Shown here: positions 51,548 to 59,834 of the stretch, piece by piece
Layout: every line of letters starts with the position of its first letter
Position numbering within the stretch: the stretch's first letter is position 1
Source of the DNA: an uncultured Bacilli bacterium
Lineage (GTDB): Bacteria > Bacillota_I > Bacilli_A > RF39 > UBA660
NCBI GenBank assembly: GCA_947589675.1
Contig: CANQCI010000003.1
Location: 1 to 59,834, forward strand
Direction of reading: 5' to 3'
DNA length: 59,834 nt
Notes under the pieces: generated by a model
What the model was told of the DNA's origin: nothing
The model's database searches: none
Seen by the model: the letters and a program-made list of their open reading frames with translations, nothing else
Position numbers and translations under genes: made by a program

Positions 51548-52075
51548 ATGAAGAAAATTTTTAGTTATTCCGTAAGATTAACTATCATCATAATGCTTTT
51601 AGTAATAACTAAGACAACACCAAGAGAATTTACTACCCTAGTTGAAAATGATAATATCAATAAAACTATTGATTTAACAACGATGGCTATTAAAGTGGTG
51701 GAAGATAGTACAATTAATAAATATACTGTGAAAGACTCTTTTACAGGGGATTTAACAGGTTATGCTTATAATTGTCCCTTATGTAATGGCAAATTATCTT
51801 GTACGCCTGATTATAATATTAAAGATGGAACTATCCATTATAACGATATAGATTATGGCGAAGTAGCAATTGTTGCCGCTAGTAAGAATTTAGATTGTGG
51901 GACAATAATTAGATTTAATAGTAAGCGTGTAAGTAATGAACCAACCTATGCTATTGTGTTAGACCGAGGAGTAATGGGGAGTGCCATTGATTTATTGGTT
52001 CCATCTGAAAAATATGCTTATGATTATATTGGACGTAGTACGATAACTTATGATGTTTTACGAAATGGATGGTAA
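51548..52075 (+). CDS. Exported 3D-domain-like cell-wall protein (yabE position)
   Basis: N-terminal hydrophobic segment; TGY...IVAA...GT...VLDRG...IDLL; the first Asp of the 3D motif appears replaced. Confidence 0.7.
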   Translation: MKKIFSYSVRLTIIIMLLVITKTTPREFTTLVENDNINKTIDLTTMAIKVVEDSTINKYTVKDSFTGDLTGYAYNCPLCNGKLSCTPDYNIKDGTIHYNDIDYGEVAIVAASKNLDCGTIIRFNSKRVSNEPTYAIVLDRGVMGSAIDLLVPSEKYAYDYIGRSTITYDVLRNGW

Positions 52076-52078
52076 AAA

Positions 52079-52840
52079 ATGAAAGCCAAGAAAAGTTTAG
52101 GTCAAAACTTTTTAATAGATAAAAATTACATTAATAGAATTATTGCTTCTATTAATGTTTTTTCAGATGACTTAATAATTGAAATTGGGGCAGGGCATGG
52201 AGCTTTAACTCGTGAACTTCAAAAAAAGGGTAGTGAGGTTGTCGCTTATGAAATCGACCAAGATTTAATGCCTGATTTAAAAAAGATAGAAAATAATAAG
52301 ACAACTATAATTAATCAAGATTTTTTAAAAGTTGCTAAGTTACCAGCCAGTAAAGGTAAGATAATAATTGTTGGGAATTTACCTTATTATATTACTACAC
52401 CAATTATCGAACATATCATAAATATTCATAATTCTTCTTTAAAATATTTAGTGATTATGGTGCAAAAGGAAGTGGCTAATCGTTTTTTAGCTCAGCCGCA
52501 TAGCAAAGATTATGGCTATTTTACGGTTTGGCTTCAACATTTTTTTACAATTACCAAAATAACTGATGTTCCTCGCACCGCTTTTAGTCCCGCTCCGAAA
52601 GTGGAAAGTACCGTGTTAAAATTAACTCTTAAAGATAATGATGAAGTATTAGATTTAGCAAAATACCAAATAACTTTAAAGAAATGTTTTAGGCAAAAAC
52701 GAAAACAACTAAAAAATAATTTTAGTAAAGAAGAATGGGCAAAAATAGTTCCTATTTTAGAAAAAAATAAAATAGCTTTAAATATTCGGGCAGAAGAATT
52801 AGACGATAAGATATTTAAAGAAATTAGTCAAATTATGTAA
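52079..52840 (+). CDS. rsmA: 16S rRNA dimethyltransferase RsmA/KsgA
   Basis: KKSLGQNFL, EIGAGHG, GNLPYYITTP, MVQKEVA. Confidence 0.97.
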   Translation: MKAKKSLGQNFLIDKNYINRIIASINVFSDDLIIEIGAGHGALTRELQKKGSEVVAYEIDQDLMPDLKKIENNKTTIINQDFLKVAKLPASKGKIIIVGNLPYYITTPIIEHIINIHNSSLKYLVIMVQKEVANRFLAQPHSKDYGYFTVWLQHFFTITKITDVPRTAFSPAPKVESTVLKLTLKDNDEVLDLAKYQITLKKCFRQKRKQLKNNFSKEEWAKIVPILEKNKIALNIRAEELDDKIFKEISQIM

Positions 52841-52866
52841 ATTTTGATGGTTAAATTCTTAATTTA

Positions 52867-52889
52867 AATAGCCCTAGTTTAGGGCTATT
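52867..52889 (+). terminator. Hairpin, probable terminator after rsmA
   Basis: AATAGCCCT-agttt-AGGGCTATT; weak U-tail. Confidence 0.5.
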
Positions 52890-52975
52890 ACTGAGATTAT
52901 CTTTAAATTTCTCAATTTTCTTAAAGACAATTTTTCGGAAATTTGTTAAAATGAAATTAGAAATGAGGTATAGTT

Positions 52976-54169
52976 ATGGGATTTATTAAAGCTTTTAGTG
53001 GAGCACTTGGAGGAACGTTTGCTGATCAATGGAAGGATTATTACAAACCACTTCCTGGCGTTAGTGCCACAGCTGGGGTTTTTCCCGCCGTAGCGGTTGG
53101 TGAAAACAATGGTCGTGGGTCTAATACTAAAGGTTCAGCTAATATTATTACGAATGGTAGTAAAATAATTGTTCCAGAAGGAACCGCTTTAGTAACCATT
53201 GAAAATGGACAAATTACAGGCTTAATTGCCGAAGCAGGAGGATTTGAATTTTCTAGTAATGATCCAAATTCTAAGTCAATATTTAGTGGTGATGGAATAT
53301 TGGCATCAACTTTATCAACTTCTTGGGAAAGGTTTAAATTTGGTGGGCAACCAAGTAATGAACAGTTAGCATTTTATGTTAATTTGAAAGAAATTCCCAA
53401 TAATAAATTTGGAACCGCTTCAGAAATTTATTGGGATGATGCGTATTTTGGGACACAAGTTGGTGCTATAACCAGAGGTACTTATACTTTAAAAATTGTT
53501 GACCCAATTCTATTTTTGAAAAATTTTGTGCCAACTTCCTATCTTATTGCTGATGCTCCTGTTTTTGATTTTGCCGATATGAATAATGAAGCGGGAACGC
53601 AATTATTTAATGAAGTAGTTGGTAGTTTAAGTGCCGCTTTTGCCAAATACACAAATGACCCAAGTAATGGCAATCGGATATCCAAAATTCAAAGCGACCA
53701 AATGGGGTTTGCTAAATCACTAGCTGGAGCGGTGGAAGAAGCTTATGGTTGGAAAACTAATCGAGGTTTAGAAATTGTGCAAACCGCAATTTTAGCGATT
53801 GAATATGATGAAAATACGAAAAATCTATTAAAAGATGTTCAAAAAGCTGATGCTTTAGCTGGAGCTAGGGGTAATTCCTTTATGCAACAAGCCGCCGCTC
53901 GGGGTTTGGAAGCCGCTGGTGAAAATGGTGGAGGAGCTGGTATGGCTTTTATGGGTATGGGAATGAATGCCGCCAGTAATGTAACAGGAGGTTTTGCTCA
54001 ACAACCAACGCCGTCATCATATCAACCAGCTTTTAATCAACCAACGAATAATCAAAATAGTAATGAATCACCTACGGAAAAACTTTTAGAAATGAAAAAA
54101 TTATTAGATGCTGGAGCTATTACTCCTGAGGATTATGAAAAAATTAAAAATCAATTGTTAGGATTATAA
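52976..54169 (+). CDS. SPFH-like (YdjI-like) protein with C-terminal SHOCT domain
   Basis: SPFH-type core, Gly/Met-rich linker, C-terminal LLEMKKLLDAGAITPEDYEKIK. Confidence 0.8.
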   Translation: MGFIKAFSGALGGTFADQWKDYYKPLPGVSATAGVFPAVAVGENNGRGSNTKGSANIITNGSKIIVPEGTALVTIENGQITGLIAEAGGFEFSSNDPNSKSIFSGDGILASTLSTSWERFKFGGQPSNEQLAFYVNLKEIPNNKFGTASEIYWDDAYFGTQVGAITRGTYTLKIVDPILFLKNFVPTSYLIADAPVFDFADMNNEAGTQLFNEVVGSLSAAFAKYTNDPSNGNRISKIQSDQMGFAKSLAGAVEEAYGWKTNRGLEIVQTAILAIEYDENTKNLLKDVQKADALAGARGNSFMQQAAARGLEAAGENGGGAGMAFMGMGMNAASNVTGGFAQQPTPSSYQPAFNQPTNNQNSNESPTEKLLEMKKLLDAGAITPEDYEKIKNQLLGL

Positions 54170-54176
54170 TGCGAAA

Positions 54177-55586
54177 ATGGACAAGGAAGTAATCGAAACC
54201 AATTCATTAAAAAATGGGCAAGATAAATGTCCTAAATGTGGTGCAACCGATATTACTTTAAATGTCGCAACTGGTAAGTTACGTTGTAACTTTTGTCGTT
54301 TTGAATTTGACCCAGTTAAAAATTCTTCGGAAGATTTAGCTAATTTACAAGGAAAAGTTTTTACCACGGGTGTTGCCGATATAAAAGAAGATGCCGAAAA
54401 TATTATGACCCTTAAGTGTCAAAGTTGTGGAGCTGAGGTAGTTATTGATACTTCTAATTCCGCTCAAGCAAGGTGTCATTGGTGTCGGAATATATTATCA
54501 ATTAATGAAAAAGTTCCCAATGGTAGTATTCCTGATTTAGTACTACCTTTTGGGATTACAAAGGAAGTCGCCCAAAAAGAAATCGAAAAGTTTGTTAAAA
54601 AACGCCAATTTTATGCTCATCCAAAATTCCGCAAAGAATTTACAACGGAAAATATCATGGGTGTTTATTTACCGTATATACTAGTTGATTTTAATTCTCA
54701 TGTCATTTTAACAGGTCAAGGCGAACATACAGCTAGGCGTTACATGGTAAAACAAAACGATATAGAAACGACTTATTATGATGCTGATTTATATAATGTT
54801 AAAAGAGAATTTGATTTAGTAATTAATGGTTTAACCATTGAATCAAGTAAAGATAAATTAAATGTTAATAATGCGAATAAGACCACGAATATTATTAATT
54901 CTATTATGCCATTTGATTTAGATAATTGTGTGAAATTTAATGCCAATTATTTAAAAGGATATACATCAGAAAAAAGAGATACTAATTTAGAAGATTTACG
55001 ACCTACGGTGGAAATGCAAGCCAAAGACATTGCTAAATTTTCGGTGAATAATACTTTGCAAAATTATGATCGAGGTGTGGCTTGGCAAGATAATCAAATG
55101 ACAACCAAAGGCGAAAAATGGCAATCCGCTTATTTGCCGGTTTGGTTATATAGTTATTTACAAGTAAAAGGTAATCAAAAAATTTTACATTATGTAGCGG
55201 TTAATGCCCGAACCAAAGAAACTATGGGAAGCGTTCCTATCCATTATCCTAAATTATTTATAATTTCGTTTTTAATCGAAGTTTTAGCCGTTATATTAAT
55301 GCTATTTATGGATTTTGATTATGACTTTTTGGTTTTAATTGCCGGTTTTCTATATTTCTTTATTATGGTAGCTCGGTATCGGAACAAAGATGCTCGGCAT
55401 TATTATGAAACCGAAACAAATACGGTAGTGAGTAATTTAGTAAGTACGGATAATTTTGTAATGCAAAGAAAAGGTTTAACGAATATGAAAATGCATGGAG
55501 CTAATAATAAAACGGTTTCCCAATCAAGTAACATTGGTAATGTCGAGAGTTTAGCTAATGAAATTAATAAATTTTTAAATAAGTGA
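54177..55586 (+). CDS. Zinc-ribbon membrane protein (YdjG-like)
   Basis: CPKCG, CNFC, CQSCG, CHWC; YLPVW motif; two C-terminal TMs. Confidence 0.8.
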   Translation: MDKEVIETNSLKNGQDKCPKCGATDITLNVATGKLRCNFCRFEFDPVKNSSEDLANLQGKVFTTGVADIKEDAENIMTLKCQSCGAEVVIDTSNSAQARCHWCRNILSINEKVPNGSIPDLVLPFGITKEVAQKEIEKFVKKRQFYAHPKFRKEFTTENIMGVYLPYILVDFNSHVILTGQGEHTARRYMVKQNDIETTYYDADLYNVKREFDLVINGLTIESSKDKLNVNNANKTTNIINSIMPFDLDNCVKFNANYLKGYTSEKRDTNLEDLRPTVEMQAKDIAKFSVNNTLQNYDRGVAWQDNQMTTKGEKWQSAYLPVWLYSYLQVKGNQKILHYVAVNARTKETMGSVPIHYPKLFIISFLIEVLAVILMLFMDFDYDFLVLIAGFLYFFIMVARYRNKDARHYYETETNTVVSNLVSTDNFVMQRKGLTNMKMHGANNKTVSQSSNIGNVESLANEINKFLNK

Positions 55587-55672
55587 AAACAAATAATTAT
55601 TGTTTTCTTTTTTATTGAAACTTTTTTAGATTTAAAAGCGAGGTATAAGTGTAGGAGGAATAATTACTACTC

Positions 55673-56176
55673 ATGAAAATAGCCGATGATTTTACAAATA
55701 TTTATAAAGATACTTATCATGATATCCTAAAATATATAATAATTAATTGTGATAATTTAAATGATGTTAATGATATAATCCAAGATACATATTTAACTTT
55801 GTACAAGGTAATGGAAAAACAACCAATCGAAGATATTCGTCCCTTTCTTTTTGGCATAGCCAAGAATATGTTAAAACGCCACCGAAGGCGGTTTGCCAAG
55901 TTAAGACAGATGTTTACGAAGGAAGATATTGATGATTTTCATATTAAAGATAATTTCATTTTAGAAGAGGAAGTTTTAAAGCGTATTACCTCCGAACAAA
56001 TATGGCATTATTTGGATAATAAAAATATTTTAATTAGTAAAACCTTTTATTTATTTTATAGTGAGGGTTTAAGTATCAAAGAAATAGCTCAACTTTTAAA
56101 TAAAAATGAATCAACAATTAAAAATTACTTGTATCGTACGAAAATTGAATTACAAAATTTTATCGGAAAGGAATAG
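55673..56176 (+). CDS. ECF sigma factor
   Basis: DIIQDTYL, FLFGIAKN, GLSIKEIA..L...ESTIKNYLYR. Confidence 0.9.
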   Translation: MKIADDFTNIYKDTYHDILKYIIINCDNLNDVNDIIQDTYLTLYKVMEKQPIEDIRPFLFGIAKNMLKRHRRRFAKLRQMFTKEDIDDFHIKDNFILEEEVLKRITSEQIWHYLDNKNILISKTFYLFYSEGLSIKEIAQLLNKNESTIKNYLYRTKIELQNFIGKE

Positions 56177-56181
56177 ATAAT

Positions 56182-57015
56182 ATGAAGAATAAATTAAATA
56201 GTAAATTTGATTATAATGATAACTACCAAAAAATTATGGAGAAAATAGTTAAAAAACAGTACCAAAAAAAGTTTGTTTTTCGTTTAGCAACTTTGCTATG
56301 TATTTTTACAACCGGCTTGATGATAGTAAACGCCAAAGAGATTAGTGAAGTTATTAATAAAGTAAAATATAAATATGAGTCGCAAGAAACTTGGCAAAAT
56401 AAGGAGCATTACGGTGTTTCTAAGGACAGCACTGGGGTTCATAGTATTGCCATCGGAGGGACAGTTTCTATTAAAGATGTTGATGAAAATACACTTATCA
56501 ACTCAGTTAGTGATTTTGAAAAAAAGGTTGGAGTAAAACTTTTACAACTATCAGAATTAAAGCCTAATTATATTGATGTAAAAAGTTTAGATGCTAATCG
56601 TGTAAATTATTTAGGTTTTTATAAAAATCCTAGTCATATTGTTTTTAAGATTAGTAATTATTATAATTTTGCTTGTTATAATCCTCTTGATTTTCAAGCT
56701 GAGCCCCAAAATGTTTCTGAATGTTTAAATGAAAGCGCGAAATCAAATCAAGATAAACGCTTAAAAATGAGTATAACATTTCTTACCCAATATGCAAGTG
56801 AACAAGAAATTAATGATTTTGTTTTATATATTGCAGATTTTCCTCAAGAAGAAACGGAAATTATCAATTTTGATGAACTAAATACGAAAATTTATATAAC
56901 TCGTTGGAATGAATATATTTTTGTTTATGATAATATTGTTTATATAATTGATAATAGTAAAAATGATTATCCTAAAGATGAATTATTAACAATAATTAAG
57001 AAAATGACATATTAA
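56182..57015 (+). CDS. Putative membrane anti-sigma factor
   Basis: Starts 5 bp after the ECF sigma gene; short N-terminus, one TM, large C-terminal domain. Confidence 0.6.
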   Translation: MKNKLNSKFDYNDNYQKIMEKIVKKQYQKKFVFRLATLLCIFTTGLMIVNAKEISEVINKVKYKYESQETWQNKEHYGVSKDSTGVHSIAIGGTVSIKDVDENTLINSVSDFEKKVGVKLLQLSELKPNYIDVKSLDANRVNYLGFYKNPSHIVFKISNYYNFACYNPLDFQAEPQNVSECLNESAKSNQDKRLKMSITFLTQYASEQEINDFVLYIADFPQEETEIINFDELNTKIYITRWNEYIFVYDNIVYIIDNSKNDYPKDELLTIIKKMTY

Positions 57016-57105
57016 TCTTTATGTTAAAAGCATGTAAATAAAATAAAAAAAAGTATTAGCCATCAAAAACTTTATGTTAGAATGAATTTAGGATGGTTGA
57101 TAGTA

Positions 57106-59178
57106 ATGGAAGAGTTATTAAAATTCAAATATAAAGATTATGAGTTAGTTTTACTTTATGATAAGGAAAAAGTTTATTATGCCAAAAGAGTTAATAATGT
57201 CCTAAGCTATGATATTAGCGATAATGATAGAGCCTTGCTTAAGTTTGTATATAAAAAGGTTATGCCCTCAAATAATTTAGGGGTAAGAAAAGATATTAAT
57301 TATCAAAATAAAACATATAAACATTTGGTTGATAAAAATAATTCTCTTCATTTATTTTATGAATTAAAAGATAATGAATTATGTATCCCAGATTTAGAAG
57401 TAAGGAAAAAATTAAATTATTTATATAATAATCAAGAAGCTTTAGTATATGAAATGAAGGATAAAGCAAATAATCATCAAGGCTTCTTTAAAAGGGTCAT
57501 TAAAATAGGTAAAAAATCTCTTCTTGTATTTGTGGCAACATCTGTTGTTTTAGGGCATAATTATTTAAATGCCAATAAAAATGTCGTTATTGAAGATGAA
57601 CCCCCGATAATTGTTGAAGACTATATTCCTAGTCCTACTATTGATGATTCAGCGGAGGATTTTATTGTAGCCGATGCAATTGCCTTTGATGATGGTAATG
57701 TTTTAATGGATGATAATGGTGGAGAGGAAGAAGAGGAAGAAAGACATATACCTCAATATTTTGATAAAACACCATGGGTTGATGTTGCTTTTAAAAACGA
57801 AGAAGAAAATCCAAACAAAAAGTGGCATTTAGAAGAACTGGTTAATAGTTATTTAACAGAAAAGAAAGACAATGAAAATAATCAGACAAAAAGAGACTTA
57901 CTTGATGATGAATTACGAGAAATTTATATGTATGAAGATATCTTTTATGACATAAATGAAATGTTTCTTAGTAATCCTGATTTTTTAAATTATGACATAT
58001 TAATTAATTACAAAGGTCAAGATTTTATTGCAACTTATGATAAAAAAATAAACTTTATCTCATATACTTCAAAGCGTAATTTGGCACTTTATGATAAATT
58101 AGATTTTGATGGATTTTCAGAAATAACAGAAAAATTACCAGATTTAAAGCTAAGTTTTGTTAAGAAAAAGAATATTCATTTAAACTATGATGATATAGCA
58201 AAACTTTTAAATTATAATACAAATTTAACTAAAGAGGAAAAGGAATTTATATTATCAAATCCGAAATTCATAAGTGATAACTTAAACTATATGGATCATA
58301 ATTATGTCTTTGAAATGCTTCTTAATTTAAATACTAAGTATATCAATAAAGATAGTGGAAGAGGAGTTGCGGGGGAATATTATTCTGATAGTTACAAAAT
58401 AACTTTATATGATACCCCAGATTTTAGTAATTGTAATAAAGCTGTATTTACTCATGAACTAAGTCATGCTTTTTCCTGTCCAACAAGTGGTGATAATACC
58501 CTATATATAGAAATTATCAATAATATTGTAAATAATGAATATTGGGGAAAGGGAAATTGTAATTATGATTTAGGATATAGAAATGTTTTAAATAAAGCCT
58601 ATATGTTATTAGAATTATTTAATCCTGAGGAAGTAAGAATGGCTTATTTTCAAAAAGATGTTGATGCTTTGAAAAAGAGTTTAATGAATATTATTGATAG
58701 TGAAGATATGGCAAATGAATTATTTGAGTGTCTAGATGCATCTGTAAATGATTTATTACTCACAGCGGCTGGCAATAATCAAAATACTGAGGAATTAAGA
58801 ATGGCAATAAACCAAAGATTTAATGATTTAGTGAAAATGTATTATGAAGCTAAATATCATAAGCCAATAGAAGAAAATGAGGAATTAATGTTTAATGGTA
58901 ATTATGATGATTATTTAGGAAAATTATCAGTGCAACTATTAAGTGATGATGCTAGGATGGGATATCGGTCAGACATTCTTTCCCGAAAGGCTTATTTTAA
59001 TGATGCTCTTTTAAAAAATATGTATACTACATTAAATATTTATGGTGAAATTATTGAAAATAATGGTACTTTATACCAAGGTGGTGGTAACTCTATTACT
59101 TCTTTACAAGTTATATATAGTAATCCAAAATGTTATGGACTTAATGTTGGCGTTTTAAATCAAGAATTAGAAAGATAA
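57106..59178 (+). CDS. Large hypothetical membrane-anchored protein with HExxH metallopeptidase motif
   Basis: Hydrophobic segment SLLVFVATSVVLG, acidic linker, AGEY...VFTHELSHAF...EIINN. Confidence 0.65.
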   Translation: MEELLKFKYKDYELVLLYDKEKVYYAKRVNNVLSYDISDNDRALLKFVYKKVMPSNNLGVRKDINYQNKTYKHLVDKNNSLHLFYELKDNELCIPDLEVRKKLNYLYNNQEALVYEMKDKANNHQGFFKRVIKIGKKSLLVFVATSVVLGHNYLNANKNVVIEDEPPIIVEDYIPSPTIDDSAEDFIVADAIAFDDGNVLMDDNGGEEEEEERHIPQYFDKTPWVDVAFKNEEENPNKKWHLEELVNSYLTEKKDNENNQTKRDLLDDELREIYMYEDIFYDINEMFLSNPDFLNYDILINYKGQDFIATYDKKINFISYTSKRNLALYDKLDFDGFSEITEKLPDLKLSFVKKKNIHLNYDDIAKLLNYNTNLTKEEKEFILSNPKFISDNLNYMDHNYVFEMLLNLNTKYINKDSGRGVAGEYYSDSYKITLYDTPDFSNCNKAVFTHELSHAFSCPTSGDNTLYIEIINNIVNNEYWGKGNCNYDLGYRNVLNKAYMLLELFNPEEVRMAYFQKDVDALKKSLMNIIDSEDMANELFECLDASVNDLLLTAAGNNQNTEELRMAINQRFNDLVKMYYEAKYHKPIEENEELMFNGNYDDYLGKLSVQLLSDDARMGYRSDILSRKAYFNDALLKNMYTTLNIYGEIIENNGTLYQGGGNSITSLQVIYSNPKCYGLNVGVLNQELER

Positions 59179-59199
59179 TGTTAATTTAATAATTTAGAT

Positions 59200-59235
59200 A
59201 ACCCTTAAATTTGAAAAAAAGATTTAAGGGTTTTT
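59200..59235. terminator. Terminator between convergent genes
   Basis: AACCCTTAAAT...ATTTAAGGGTT followed by TTT. Confidence 0.7.
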
Positions 59236-59274
59236 GATTAATTTAATAAATACTAAAAGAACAAAAAATAATAT

Positions 59275-59487
59275 TTACTTTTTTTGTTCTTTTTCTAAAA
59301 TTATTAATTCATTTACGGTGCAATCAAGATATTCACAGAGTTCTTCAATATATTTAAAACTAATAGATGATGTTTCCCCATTGATAATTCTATTTAAATT
59401 TCGAGAAGTAATATTCATTTGTTGTTTTAACCAATACTTTGTTTTCTGTTTGCGTTTTAATAATTCAACTATATTAATTTTTATCAT
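59275..59487 (-). CDS. Cro/CI-type HTH regulator (YozG-like)
   Basis: TKYWL...NLNRIINGETSSISF..IEELCEYLDCTVNELI. Confidence 0.85.
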   Translation of the reverse strand: MIKINIVELLKRKQKTKYWLKQQMNITSRNLNRIINGETSSISFKYIEELCEYLDCTVNELIILEKEQKK

Positions 59488-59620
59488 GTTAATTACCTTC
59501 AATCAAGATTTTATCGAAAACTTAATTTATAAATAAGATACTTGTATTACCCCTATTAAAGTGCTATGTTATTTAACTTAATTTTTTGGTTTGAGTTTCC
59601 GTAAAAAAATAGAAGAAAAG

Positions 59621-59662
59621 AAAAAGTTAGAATAAATGTTCGATAATTTATTCTAACTTTTT
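59621..59662. repeat. 17-bp perfect inverted repeat in a divergent intergenic region
   Basis: AAAAAGTTAGAATAAAT-gttcgata-ATTTATTCTAACTTTTT. Confidence 0.8.
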
Positions 59663-59760
59663 TTGCTAAAAATAGGTGTAAAACCCTTCATAATTTGTTA
59701 AAATATAAAAAATAACATAAATAATTTATCAAAAACAAATTAATGGAGGTGTTCTACATG

Positions 59761-59834
59761 GTGCGACAGCGAGCGTTAATTAATACAGTTGGAGATAAAC
59801 CAACCCAGTAATCTAGGTTAAGAGCTGGTACTAA
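59761..59834 (+). mobile_element. Possible 5' end of a group II intron, truncated by the window edge
   Basis: GGAGGTG RBS and ATG (59758) are followed directly by GTGCGAC (GUGYG consensus); the frame closes after 17 codons; hairpin GTTGG/CCAAC. Confidence 0.4.

Noticed and set aside
2353-59536. Antisense or nested ORFs in the track (e.g. 4343..4660, 24996..25574, 34909..35400, 42733..43269, 48527..49033, 59234..59536)
   Set aside because: They overlap well-supported genes and show no motifs or RBS; they are shadow frames.

Overview
AT-rich chromosomal replication-origin region of a reduced-genome Bacilli-class bacterium. It uses genetic code 11 (TGA is stop) and retains peptidoglycan and sporulation genes; an RF39-like lineage is my inference. 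Genes diverge from oriC at about 29-31 kb. The left arm carries rpmH-rnpA-yidC-jag, mnmE-mnmG-rsmG-noc, argS, rpoE, pyrG, prfA-prmC-spoIIR, murA, spoIID-spoIIQ-spoIIID, hpf and secA. The right arm carries dnaA-dnaN-comK-recF-gyrB-gyrA, ffs-tadA-dnaX-ybaB-recR-bofA, holB-yaaT-yabB-pth-mfd-spoVT, tatD, rsmA, an SPFH/Zn-ribbon pair and an ECF sigma/anti-sigma pair. The standout is a ~2.4 kb non-coding tandem array right after gyrA (38324-40706). It holds 17 parS-type palindromes (TGTTCCACGTGTAACA) spaced 135-154 bp apart in mosaic units, like a satellite-type bacterial centromere. It ends in a perfect 30-bp palindrome next to the SRP RNA promoter. No soj/spo0J is present in the window; the only ParB-family gene is Noc-type, lacks the N-terminal membrane helix, and two perfect Noc-binding sites occur. 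Other notable items: DnaA boxes shifted to TTATCAACA with a divergent DnaA recognition helix, a 200-aa degenerate actin-fold gene at the mbl locus, a 71-nt SRP RNA, and a possible group II intron 5' end directly after a start codon at the window edge. All calls are by-eye recognition; no searches were run.
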